NCBI GenBank assembly: GCA_964497435.1
Contig: CAZCCD010000002.1
Location: 10,050 to 74,049, forward strand
Reading direction: 5' to 3'
From: Candidatus Woesearchaeota archaeon
Lineage (GTDB): Archaea; Nanobdellota; Nanobdellia; Pacearchaeales; GW2011-AR1
Length of the DNA: 64,000 nt
The notes below the pieces were generated by a model. The model was given only the letters and a program-made list of their open reading frames with translations. It made no database searches and had not been told where the DNA came from. The translations under genes were made by a program, and so were the position numbers. Positions 18,656 to 27,708 of this stretch are shown here, one piece after another. Positions within the stretch are counted from its first letter, which is position 1. Each line of letters opens with the position of its first letter.

Positions 18656-19348
18656 TTAACTTTTAAATGCTTCTTTTAAATTATCTACAAAAGCATGCAA
18701 GACACCTCTTTCAGACCTCTCCCTCATTCTTTCAAAGTCTTCTTTTTTATTCTTAGAGAAAATCCCTAGTTGTCCAATTACCTTATACACAATAACCATA
18801 AAAATAATCACTACAAAGAAAAGAAGTAATGACCAAAACCACGCATCTGTCAAAAAAACAATCCAAACAAAAGATTCTGCTATTGCTCTTAATATTCCGA
18901 TTTGAGCGAGGGCTATTGTCAAACCTAGTGATATTATAAAAGAAGTTCCTAATGAAAAAGAAAGAAAAACTGAAAATATCTCTTTAAACTTAAACACAAA
19001 AAAAATCCATAAAATAATGACAAAAAATAATGCAAGAGATAATGAATATGGCTCTCCAAAAAGAACTAAGAAAACAGGGCTTATGGCTGTAAAAAAATAA
19101 TTAAAACCATTAATAACAGGATTTTTAAGCAAAATCCTTCTTAACTCCTCCCCAATATATCCTGCATTGCTGTCAGCTATTTCTCCTTGAATATCTTCAA
19201 TTTTGTCAACTCCTTCTGTTAATTGCTCGTTAGTTTTTTCAAGATCTTGAATCTCATCTAAACCATCCTGAACTGCATTGACAAATACAAAAGAAAATGT
19301 AAATACCAATGCAAAGAATATAACAAACAAAAACCTATTTTTCCCCAT
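18656..19348 (-). CDS. membrane protein, hypothetical (N-terminal signal, acidic coiled segment, 4-5 TM)
   Basis: ORF plus hydrophobicity pattern; lies between prepilin peptidase and pilin genes. Confidence 0.4.
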   Translation of the reverse strand: MGKNRFLFVIFFALVFTFSFVFVNAVQDGLDEIQDLEKTNEQLTEGVDKIEDIQGEIADSNAGYIGEELRRILLKNPVINGFNYFFTAISPVFLVLFGEPYSLSLALFFVIILWIFFVFKFKEIFSVFLSFSLGTSFIISLGLTIALAQIGILRAIAESFVWIVFLTDAWFWSLLLFFVVIIFMVIVYKVIGQLGIFSKNKKEDFERMRERSERGVLHAFVDNLKEAFKS

Positions 19349-19383
19349 TAAAATAATAATTAATAGAAATTTTTAAACCTTGG

Positions 19384-19968
19384 CTATGGTCCTCTCCTTC
19401 GCCTTCCCCTAAAACTTCTCTGTATCTTTCTTAATCCAGTTATTGCGGCAGCAGCTTCATCAGCAGATTCAATTGCCTTAATCTCCTCAACCTGACCCTT
19501 CCTTTTTGCAGCCCATCTAGCAATCATATTGCTTCCAAGAGTCAATCCAATAAATATGATCAAAGCAACTATTAGAGCTAAAAATATTCCAATAGCTCCT
19601 AAGGCTGCTGTAATAGAAAGCATGAAAATAGCAATCTTATTAACCACCCCTATAATAGAAACAGCAATTCCAATTCCTGCGGCAATTGTATATTGTACCC
19701 ATGGAGTCCGAAAAAACATCATTAATTGCAAAATGTCATACATTCCTGCAAAAATAATAGCCATAACTATTACTCCCAAAATAACTTCTTTCCATGATCC
19801 ACCCAGGTTAAAAAAAGAAACAGCCCCTGAATACCATCTTCCAGACTCAATAGAATTATCTATAAAGACATTAACCTCTGCACTTACCAATCCTACGAAA
19901 GATAAAAAAATCCCTAGCAACAATAACAAACTAAAAAATCTTCTCTTCCTATCCTCTTTTTTATTCAT
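19384..19968 (-). CDS. membrane protein, hypothetical (signal peptide, 4 TM, Arg-rich C-terminus)
   Basis: ORF plus hydrophobicity pattern. Confidence 0.4.
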   Translation of the reverse strand: MNKKEDRKRRFFSLLLLLGIFLSFVGLVSAEVNVFIDNSIESGRWYSGAVSFFNLGGSWKEVILGVIVMAIIFAGMYDILQLMMFFRTPWVQYTIAAGIGIAVSIIGVVNKIAIFMLSITAALGAIGIFLALIVALIIFIGLTLGSNMIARWAAKRKGQVEEIKAIESADEAAAAITGLRKIQRSFRGRRRRGP

Positions 19969-20224
19969 AAATAAAATAAACTCTTAATGTTTATAAACAT
20001 TTCTTTAGAAAAATAGCAGCTCGCAATCTCGCTGATTGTATTATAAATAAGACTGATTAATAAAGAGAGAGTAAGTTAGCAAATCTTAGATATGACTATC
20101 TACAAATTTATTCATTAAAGTTAAATTAAGCATAATAATCTTGGGCATCTAAATCTAAAAAATTAATGCTCAGAAAAGATCGTAGTTATTGTTAAGCTAT
20201 AAACTTGATTAAATACATCTACAT

Positions 20225-20665
20225 CTAACTCTGAGTGTATAAATCAGGATTAAGAATCTTGCAAGTCTCTCCATTAACCTTATCGTCTTCTTTTAAGTTC
20301 TCATTATCACAAAGCTGTTCAGCTAAATTCCTAACAGTGTTAGCAGTATCGCTGCAAGAATCTTCAGGGAGCAGATGTGTGAATGTAGCATATTGTTCAA
20401 GATAATCACAATTTACAAACTGCTTCTTCCCAGCTATCTTGACTTCCTTAAACTCATTGCAATAACTAGTTTTAAGATTATTACTTCCTGAAACATCACA
20501 TGCCTTGGCAGCTACTTCTAAATCTCCTGGAAGAATTCCAATTTTTCCAAATATAAAATCCCATCCTTTAATAAATCCGACAGCAACAACAACTAATACA
20601 ATAATTCCCAGTATAAGCAATATTAAAGTTGAAATAGGCAGTCCTTGAGCCTTTTTATTAAACAT
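20225..20665 (-). CDS. type IV pilin-like protein with archaeal class III signal peptide
   Basis: From the internal Met: MFNKKAQG|LPISTLILLILGIIVLVVVAVGF (basic N-region, Gly before a hydrophobic stretch); Cys-rich globular part. The upstream 29 codons of the track ORF are probably not translated. Confidence 0.6.
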   Translation of the reverse strand: MFNKKAQGLPISTLILLILGIIVLVVVAVGFIKGWDFIFGKIGILPGDLEVAAKACDVSGSNNLKTSYCNEFKEVKIAGKKQFVNCDYLEQYATFTHLLPEDSCSDTANTVRNLAEQLCDNENLKEDDKVNGETCKILNPDLYTQS

Positions 20666-20734
20666 CTTAAGCCTCTCTTTCATATATAGGAATAACAAAC
20701 AAGTGTTTATAAATATTTTTAATCTGTTTGACTC

Positions 20735-20880
20735 ACTCGTAAACTCGCTCATCCATTAGTATTACTTTGAATCAGATTTCATTGTTTACTTTTATTGGAT
20801 ATAATCAATCATCAAATTGTTTTTTATCAACAATCATATAAATTTATGAGCGAAGCGAACTTATTCATTGATTGACGTTT
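20735..20880 (+). repeat. inverted repeat pair (ctcgctcat ... atgagcgaagcg) about 100 bp apart at the 5' end of pilin gene 20225..20665
   Basis: gactcactcgtaaactcgctcatcc ... tatgagcgaagcgaac; GC-rich islands in an AT-rich spacer. Confidence 0.35.
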
Positions 20881-20886
20881 GATTTC

Positions 20887-21288
20887 TTATTCTTCATTAC
20901 TCTTTAATTTATACTCAACACGAAAAATACTCTTTTCTTCTTTCCAGAATAAAAAGCCAGACGAATCCTTTAATTCTTGGTACAAAATTATTTCTCCATT
21001 TTCATCCATCTTATAATCAACCCTGCTTAAATCTTTATGAAACGAATAATCTTCTATTTGTAAATTGATTTTCTCCATCCATTCAAGACTCTCAAATACC
21101 TTGCCTATCTTACTATCAGACACTATAAAACTGAATAAAGCCAAGGCACAAACTAATACAACACCTATAACCAAAATACCTATACTTATGTCTCCTCTCT
21201 TGGTTTTTTTCAAAAACCAAGGATAAAAAAATTTCTTATTTTTTTCTTTAGATTTTATTTTGCTTTGAAATAACTTATCCATTTTCAT
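20887..21288 (-). CDS. pilin-like protein (class III signal KKTKRG|DISIGILVIGVV)
   Basis: A TTG at ~21213 gives (M)KKTKRG|DISIGILVIGVVLVCALALF, a textbook prepilin leader; the track ATG start adds a 26-aa extension. Confidence 0.5.
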   Translation of the reverse strand: MKMDKLFQSKIKSKEKNKKFFYPWFLKKTKRGDISIGILVIGVVLVCALALFSFIVSDSKIGKVFESLEWMEKINLQIEDYSFHKDLSRVDYKMDENGEIILYQELKDSSGFLFWKEEKSIFRVEYKLKSNEE

Positions 21289-21604
21289 TCACCCACTCCT
21301 TTATTTTATCTTTATTTTTGTCATTTAATTCAAAAGCCAGTAATGTTTTAAGATTAATAGAGCTTTCAGGAATATCTTGGGAATCTTCACCAAATGTTTT
21401 TAAAGAAACTCCAACATCTTTCAGTTTTCCAAGAAGAGATGAAGCATAAATAAAAAGAAACAAAGTCACAATAATAACTATTGTAGCTATAATCCAGACA
21501 ATTCCTTCACTCGCCTGTGCTTTTTTATCCAGGCTTGACCCTAACTTAAAGGAGATGTCATAAGAAGAACCTTGGTTCTTTTTATTACTTAGCATTTTTA
21601 TCAA
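21275..21604 (-). CDS. pilin-like small protein (KKAQA followed by TM helix)
   Basis: LDKKAQASEGIVWIIATIVIIVTLFLFIYA; shares the KKAQ[GA] motif with 20225..20665. Confidence 0.45.
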   Translation of the reverse strand: MIKMLSNKKNQGSSYDISFKLGSSLDKKAQASEGIVWIIATIVIIVTLFLFIYASSLLGKLKDVGVSLKTFGEDSQDIPESSINLKTLLAFELNDKNKDKIKEWVNENG

Positions 21605-22088
21605 CTTTTCTCACCCCTGTCAAAATTTTAATTAAATATTGTTTATCATCTTTTAAAGAATAAAATCTTCTTTCAACGCACTTTGATAATTTCTCGTATT
21701 CTTTATCCCTTTGAATTTCACATTCAGAAGCAATATTCAAATTTCCATCTTCTATAGAAAAAACATTTTTGTTTAAATCTTCAACACCAAAAAAATCAGC
21801 CTTAATATAATACTCTTGATAATCTATTGTTTCTTCAGGTTCAAAGTTCAAATTACATTCTTCAAGAAAATTTCTTTTAAATTCGTCATTAAAACTCTCA
21901 TTCTTAAATAATTCTTGATTTAATTCTCCTTTAAAAGAAAAACAATCAGCAACATTGTTAGCTAAAATAGATGCCTCAACCTCTCTAACATCATAAGGAT
22001 ATCCATAGTAATTGCTAACCATATAAACTATTGCTGTAGCTGTAAAAGCCAGTATAAAAAATAAATATACTGAAATGATTTTATCCAT
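21585..22088 (-). CDS. pilus-locus secreted/anchored protein, hypothetical
   Basis: N-terminal signal anchor, acidic Cys-containing globular part; operon position. Confidence 0.4.
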   Translation of the reverse strand: MDKIISVYLFFILAFTATAIVYMVSNYYGYPYDVREVEASILANNVADCFSFKGELNQELFKNESFNDEFKRNFLEECNLNFEPEETIDYQEYYIKADFFGVEDLNKNVFSIEDGNLNIASECEIQRDKEYEKLSKCVERRFYSLKDDKQYLIKILTGVRKVDKNAK

Positions 22089-22515
22089 TTTTTTCCCTCA
22101 CTATAATATAAACTTTACCTTCAGGAGAAACATCAATTCCTGGGTTAACATCATTAAAGAAAGTGTAAGAATACCCTCCCTTCTCTGTAAGCTTCACATT
22201 AACAACATTTCCATCAATTCTTACAGCATTATTATAATTATCTTTAAACCATTCTTCATCAGCCTTAGTTCCATCCTGTAAATCAAGAGTTATCTCCATT
22301 CCTGGCTTAGAGGCATCAATAAGCAAGGCAATATCTTTTGCATAATTTTCCTCTAAAGATTTTCCATTTGCCTGTTGCTTCCATAAAAATAAAACCAAGA
22401 TGCTTAAAAAAGCAACAATCAAAACAAGAAATAAAACATTTTCTGCCAGCAAGTTTCCTTTAGTTCGACCAAACATGTATGAAGTAGTTAATCTTTTGCC
22501 TCTTTTTTTATCCAT
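22081..22515 (-). CDS. pilin-like protein (MFGRTKG|NLLAENVLFLVLIV...)
   Basis: Basic N-region then Gly then a long hydrophobic helix; overlaps neighbours by a few nt. Confidence 0.45.
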   Translation of the reverse strand: MDKKRGKRLTTSYMFGRTKGNLLAENVLFLVLIVAFLSILVLFLWKQQANGKSLEENYAKDIALLIDASKPGMEITLDLQDGTKADEEWFKDNYNNAVRIDGNVVNVKLTEKGGYSYTFFNDVNPGIDVSPEGKVYIIVREKNG

Positions 22516-22545
22516 TTCTATAAAAGAGATAGCTAATTAATAAAT

Positions 22546-23508
22546 CTAACTAAGAGTGACTATTTTCTCACAATTCAAAGCCTCAAATTTTTTAGAATCA
22601 ACTTCAAGAACAGTAGGAGCTGTGAACTGGTTTTCAACTCCTCTTCCTTGAACTTGTATTGCAGCTATTTCTGGTTCAAAACTATTTGCAATCTTTTGAG
22701 ACACAGTATCCCCTATTATAGCTCCACCAATGGCGGATACTCCTATAACGACCGCTCCACCAATCAATCCTACGGGTCCTAAAAATGCAGTAATTGCTCC
22801 AGCTACAAACCCTCCGCCAGAACCTATTAAAGACCATAGAAAACCACTAGTCTCACTAGTTATTCCCATAACAACAAAATACTTCTTCCCTGTGTTTATC
22901 TTCCCAAAAGTTCCTTCTATCTTATATTGATCAGATGCACTTTGTTTGAGGGAATCTAAGTTATTTGTCCCAAAAATATATTCTGAATATGTTATTTCTT
23001 TTCCAGGAGCTTTTACATTGCTTAAATAATCATACAACCCATCCTTGCTTATGTTTCCGTCAACAACTCCTTCAAGTTCTTTCAAGCTGCCATCAAAATA
23101 AATTTCATCGCACAAAGAGCAATAATTACTTTTGATTGCCTCTTTTCCTATGTAATCAACTCTTCCTTCTCCAAACATCCACCAGCAAGAAGCCATTTCA
23201 TCAGCAAGGATTTCGTAGACTTCATTTACATTTTTTACTTTCTTTACATCTGGCTTTGAGAGCCCTTCACAACTTCCGTCCTTTGTAATACAAATATATT
23301 CTCTCCTGCAGTCTAAGTCAACTCCCTGTCTTATAACTCCAGAGCTTCCCCTTAAAATAACAGAATTATGGCATAACTCTTCAGCACTAACATCACTAGG
23401 ATTTAATATAAAAATAAAACCTAAAATAACCAAAAGACTAAAAATTACTATAACAATGCCAACAATTTGTGCCGAAGTTAACTCACCAAGTTTTTTTTTG
23501 ACTATCAT
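22546..23508 (-). CDS. large pilin-like/pilus-tip candidate with class III-like leader and C-terminal Gly-zipper TM
   Basis: MIVKKKLG|ELTSAQIVGIVIVIF...; C-terminal GFLWSLIGSGGGFVAGAITAFLGPVGLIGGAVVIGVSAIGGAIIG. Confidence 0.45.
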   Translation of the reverse strand: MIVKKKLGELTSAQIVGIVIVIFSLLVILGFIFILNPSDVSAEELCHNSVILRGSSGVIRQGVDLDCRREYICITKDGSCEGLSKPDVKKVKNVNEVYEILADEMASCWWMFGEGRVDYIGKEAIKSNYCSLCDEIYFDGSLKELEGVVDGNISKDGLYDYLSNVKAPGKEITYSEYIFGTNNLDSLKQSASDQYKIEGTFGKINTGKKYFVVMGITSETSGFLWSLIGSGGGFVAGAITAFLGPVGLIGGAVVIGVSAIGGAIIGDTVSQKIANSFEPEIAAIQVQGRGVENQFTAPTVLEVDSKKFEALNCEKIVTLS

Positions 23509-23603
23509 TTAAGCAGCTCCTAATTTTTTTAACAAAAGATACATTCCTATGAATAAAAGCAAAAATAATGCAATCCACATTATATATTTTCCAAGATTTT
23601 CTG

Positions 23604-24053
23604 TCATGCCTTACTTATTATTATTTTTCCTCCTTCTTTCTTAATTAATATGTTTGTTAAAGAATCTTCAACATCTTCGATCTTTATTTTATTAAAATCT
23701 TGAAGATTTTCAAAAATACTACAGGTTCCTTTTTCATCACATTTATTTTCATCTTGGCATATGCACAAACAATTTTTTTGCAGGCAAGAAAGGGGTTTCT
23801 CTTCATCTCCAATAAAGCCAACAACATACCATCCTTCAGGAGTTATTCCAGAAACAACCTCGCTTCCATTACTACTTTTTATAACATCTTTAAGTCTTTC
23901 TAATGTAGCTTCTGCTTGTTTATATTCATCAGAATAAATCTTGGCGTAATAAAGGCGGAATGCAAAATAAACTAAAAAAATCAAAACAATTACTGCAATA
24001 ACCATTTTTGAGCTTTCCTCAGGAAGCCAGACAGATCCTCTTTTGTTTTTCAT
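23604..24053 (-). CDS. pilin-like Cys-rich protein (MKNKRGS|VWLPEESSKMVIAVIVL...)
   Basis: Basic N-region, Gly, Glu near +5/+6, TM helix; CLQKNCLCICQDENKCDEKGTC cluster. Confidence 0.4.
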   Translation of the reverse strand: MKNKRGSVWLPEESSKMVIAVIVLIFLVYFAFRLYYAKIYSDEYKQAEATLERLKDVIKSSNGSEVVSGITPEGWYVVGFIGDEEKPLSCLQKNCLCICQDENKCDEKGTCSIFENLQDFNKIKIEDVEDSLTNILIKKEGGKIIISKA

Positions 24054-24202
24054 CTTAAAAATGGAATAAATACCTCTCCAGCAACGTTTCTAAAAAAAGG
24101 ATTTATGTAATCTTTAAAGGCAAAATAAAGTCCTAATATGACTGTCCCAGCCACTAAAATCCCAAGAATGATCTTAATCAATGTGCTAATCTCAAAATCC
24201 AT
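24050..24202 (-). CDS. candidate 50-aa membrane mini-protein (stop overlaps next gene start, ATGA)
   Basis: Hand-translated MDFEISTLIKIILGILVAGTVILGLYFAFKDY...; coordinates approximate. Confidence 0.3.
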   Translation of the reverse strand: MDFEISTLIKIILGILVAGTVILGLYFAFKDYINPFFRNVAGEVFIPFLR

Positions 24203-24203
24203 T

Positions 24204-24359
24204 TTACCATCCCCTGAATATATCTTTAATTTTATCGATTAATGAAATGCCTTTTCCTTTAAGCAAAAATATATTAATAAGAACTATGACTAAGACAGCG
24301 GCAGCTATTATCCACCATATTAAATAATCAACAGCAACCCCCTTTTTTTTATTATCCAT
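24204..24359 (-). CDS. candidate 51-aa membrane mini-protein
   Basis: Hand-translated MDNKKKGVAVDYLIWWIIAAAVLVIVLINIFLLKGKGISLIDKIKDIFRGW; coordinates approximate. Confidence 0.3.
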   Translation of the reverse strand: MDNKKKGVAVDYLIWWIIAAAVLVIVLINIFLLKGKGISLIDKIKDIFRGW

Positions 24360-24424
24360 ATAAAAATTAAATAAAGATAGTTAATAAAATTATCCTTAAC
24401 AAGATAAATAAAAAACTTAATTGC

Positions 24425-26590
24425 TTATCCGCTAAGAACGACTGCAGACAGAATAAATAAGATTATTGACGCAAGCAAAGCTGTTACAAAATAAAGAACA
24501 ATTCCCATCTGTAAATTTATTCCTGTCTTGTTTATCCTCTCTAACTTGTCTTCTCCAGAATCAACAACAGCCAATGTCCTAGTCAATATAAAAACAATCT
24601 GTATTAAATAAATTCCAACAGCTATTTGTAAGAAATAAGGAGGTATCATTTCCTTAACATCAAATAAATCAAGAATCTGTTGCAGATTAAATCCAGCACC
24701 AGCTTCTGGCAATGTCACAGATAAATTCAGCCTTGATAAAATAGAAGTTATCATTGCAGCTAATCCAACAACAATTCCTGAAAGCAATGGTGCAAGGAAA
24801 GTCATATTGCTTTTCATGTCAGAAGCTATTTCGGCAAGTAAATCTTTAAGTCTCTGAGTTATTTTTTGTATATTTTTTACATATTGGGAAATACTTACTA
24901 GGCTTGAGGCAGCAATCTTAAGCCCTTTTTTCGCAGATTCAACAAGAATCTTCATGCTAGTAGATATTAATTCTGAAGGATAATAGATTATGGCTCCCCT
25001 CTTATTGTCAAAAATAGCCCTATCAACATCCATCCCCATTTGGCTTACATTGTAGTTAACTCTCCTAAAAAAATCCTCTGTCCTTAATCCTTTCGAAGAT
25101 TCAGCTACTTTCCCAAAAGCAAGCTCTGGAGGAACACCATTCCCTATTCTATTTCCGAGCTGGAATAATGAATTATTAAACTCTTCTTCAAGCTCTCTAG
25201 TGTTCCTTCTTTCAACTATCAAAGAACTTGTCTTGTCTCTGTAAGCAATAGAAAAAAACAAGGCTAATCCCAAAGGAAAAAACATCCCTAAAATTAGTGA
25301 ACCTATCCCAAAAGGCCCTCTTCCATCATCTGTAAATCCAAAAAACTTCTCATCTCCAAAAAAACTCAATCCAAGCTCTGTAAATGTGTAATCTTTTTGC
25401 AGTCCAAGAGAATTAGGTAAAGACGTAAACTGAAATATTAAAGGCAAAAGCCCTATTAAAAAAAACGGCAGGCATAGTATAAATGCATTGATAAAGTGTT
25501 TCTTGCTTTTGTATTCATTATAATATGGGTTTCTTTCAAGCAAACTTGACTCTCCATAACCTCCTGGCCTCAAAAATATTATTTTATCTGTAAGATAATA
25601 GACAAAAAAAGGCACTAATAAATTGAATATAACAAATATATGATACCATTTTACAAGCCCCCCAAGGAGTGCAGATGCTAAAGGAAGTAATGCTAATCCT
25701 AGAGTCGGAAGAACAACTCCAAGCATATAGACATTTGTTAAAGGACTTCTTACAGAATGAGTAAACTTCAACATCTTATCATAAACCCCATCTAAAATAA
25801 CTTGAAGAGAACTCTCAAGCAAATCAACTCTTCTTGCATCATTAGGCTCAAATAAACTGCTCTCAATCAAATGAAAAGCTTCTATAAACTCTGATGAATA
25901 ATCTCTCCAGCTCTCAAGATAATAATCAAGGCTTTCTTTTATGGTCGAAAATTTTCCAACTTCAACATTATAAAAAATCTTCTTGAAATCGAGGGCTAGA
26001 GGGGGTTGTAAATTCTCTGCTGCAAAAGCTATTGCCTTTTCGAGATTAGGAGTGTGCCTCATGTAAACAACAACATAAAGAACAGCAGGAACCATCTGGC
26101 TAGAGGCTTTGAGTCTCCATTTATTTGCAAGCCTTGCAGGATACGCCTTTACAAAATAAAATAAGAATGTTGCTAAAATCAACATCAAAAAGAAAAACAA
26201 AAATGGAAAGGCAGTCAAAATGCTGTCGAAATCTCCACCTTCACTATTAAGCAAGGCTATGACAATAGAAATAAAAAATCCTACAATAAAAACACCAACA
26301 AAAGACATTACAGCTAAAGAAATCGCCTCTCTAGGATCAACATCTAAATGAGCTGTATCTAAATGTTTCTTAATTTCTTCTTCGTCTTTTTTTGAGCCCT
26401 TTATTCTTATAACATTTCCTAGAGATTTGCATAGTCTTTCATACCTTGTTAATTCAGGAGCTAATTCTTCTTTAAAATCTATATATTCTTTGCTATAATC
26501 AACATTACCTATATTAGAGGTTCTTATTTTTCCTTCTATCTTAGCACCATATTTTCTAAGAATATCCTCGACTTTCGGATTCACAACCAT
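24425..26590 (-). CDS. polytopic membrane protein, probable pilus platform protein (FlaJ/TadC/PilC-like)
   Basis: 721 aa, about 9+ TM helices in two clusters separated by cytoplasmic domains; lies directly between the secretion ATPase and the pilins. Confidence 0.45.
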   Translation of the reverse strand: MVVNPKVEDILRKYGAKIEGKIRTSNIGNVDYSKEYIDFKEELAPELTRYERLCKSLGNVIRIKGSKKDEEEIKKHLDTAHLDVDPREAISLAVMSFVGVFIVGFFISIVIALLNSEGGDFDSILTAFPFLFFFLMLILATFLFYFVKAYPARLANKWRLKASSQMVPAVLYVVVYMRHTPNLEKAIAFAAENLQPPLALDFKKIFYNVEVGKFSTIKESLDYYLESWRDYSSEFIEAFHLIESSLFEPNDARRVDLLESSLQVILDGVYDKMLKFTHSVRSPLTNVYMLGVVLPTLGLALLPLASALLGGLVKWYHIFVIFNLLVPFFVYYLTDKIIFLRPGGYGESSLLERNPYYNEYKSKKHFINAFILCLPFFLIGLLPLIFQFTSLPNSLGLQKDYTFTELGLSFFGDEKFFGFTDDGRGPFGIGSLILGMFFPLGLALFFSIAYRDKTSSLIVERRNTRELEEEFNNSLFQLGNRIGNGVPPELAFGKVAESSKGLRTEDFFRRVNYNVSQMGMDVDRAIFDNKRGAIIYYPSELISTSMKILVESAKKGLKIAASSLVSISQYVKNIQKITQRLKDLLAEIASDMKSNMTFLAPLLSGIVVGLAAMITSILSRLNLSVTLPEAGAGFNLQQILDLFDVKEMIPPYFLQIAVGIYLIQIVFILTRTLAVVDSGEDKLERINKTGINLQMGIVLYFVTALLASIILFILSAVVLSG

Positions 26591-26654
26591 TTTTCCACTC
26601 TTTTAAAAATTATCTTTTAAAAAATAAGGAAGATTAATTAATAAATGTTTAGAA

Positions 26655-27677
26655 TCAAGACTCTTTAATGACTCTCCTGATATACCATAAACTCAAAGCG
26701 CCGACAGGGAAACTAAAGAAATAATAAATGATCCTTGTCAAAAAAGCAACAAGCAGCGCTATTGGTTTAATCACCCCCATTGCAGAATAAAGCAATGTCA
26801 TGGTTACTTCAGTGGCTGCAATTCCTCCAGGAAGAATAGTTAAAGCACCTATAATATTTCCAAGCGTCACAACAATGATTATAGAAAGAAAGTTAACATG
26901 AAAACCAAATGCCAAAAATAAGAAATAAGCTGTTAAATAATTAAATAACCAGAATAAAAAAGCCAAGAAAAAAGCACCAATCATTGTTTTTTTGTTTTTT
27001 ACTGATTTCCTGAAAGTATCGGCAAAAATTCTTATTTCTTTATTAATAAAATGCTCAAAATCTTCTGGCTTCTTAAACCTGCCATTCACAAAGCTAAAGA
27101 AATGCAACCTCTTAAAAAAGGCTCCTATGTTAAAATGCATTTTTCTTAATGTAAAATACAAAGTGAATCCTACAGAAATCAAAACAAAGGTTAACAATCC
27201 TTCAAGTATTAATTTAAGAGTGTTTGATATCTCGACATAAATCAAAATAAAAAATATAGAAAAGATAGCAAAAAAAGCCAAAATCATTAATTGATAAAAT
27301 TTATCAGCAATAACATATGCTAACATAGATGTTTTAGATTTTTTAAATTTTTTTGCAAGGAAATGGGCTCTGAAAGGCTCTCCGCCTATTCCTGCACCCG
27401 GAGTTATTGAATTAAAAAAAGCGCCTGCCAAAAGAACATTTAACAAAAACCAAAAATTTCCTTTGAATAGTTTAGTATATAAAAAATTCCATCTTAGATT
27501 CCACACAATAAAAGTCATAAATGTTGATAAAACAGCTAGTGATAACCATAAAAGATCTCCATTAGAAAAAATCAGGTAGAGTTCATAAAAATCAATTCCT
27601 TTTAATATCAAATACAAAATACCAATAAAGGCTAAAATAACAATAAGACTTATTACTCTTTTAGCAGTTTTCTTCAT
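26655..27677 (-). CDS. UPF0104/LPG-synthase-TM (flippase-like) family membrane protein
   Basis: Polytopic; NSITPGAGIGGEPFRA matches the family's conserved P..G.GG.E loop. Confidence 0.45.
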   Translation of the reverse strand: MKKTAKRVISLIVILAFIGILYLILKGIDFYELYLIFSNGDLLWLSLAVLSTFMTFIVWNLRWNFLYTKLFKGNFWFLLNVLLAGAFFNSITPGAGIGGEPFRAHFLAKKFKKSKTSMLAYVIADKFYQLMILAFFAIFSIFFILIYVEISNTLKLILEGLLTFVLISVGFTLYFTLRKMHFNIGAFFKRLHFFSFVNGRFKKPEDFEHFINKEIRIFADTFRKSVKNKKTMIGAFFLAFLFWLFNYLTAYFLFLAFGFHVNFLSIIIVVTLGNIIGALTILPGGIAATEVTMTLLYSAMGVIKPIALLVAFLTRIIYYFFSFPVGALSLWYIRRVIKES

Positions 27678-27708
27678 CTAGCCTAAAAGTAAAAATTATT
27701 TATAAATC

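Noticed and set aside
19529-19987. 152-aa plus-strand ORF covering most of 19384..19968
   Set aside because: It is antisense to a membrane protein. Its Ile/Pro/Thr-rich composition mirrors the TM codons on the other strand, and no start context is evident.
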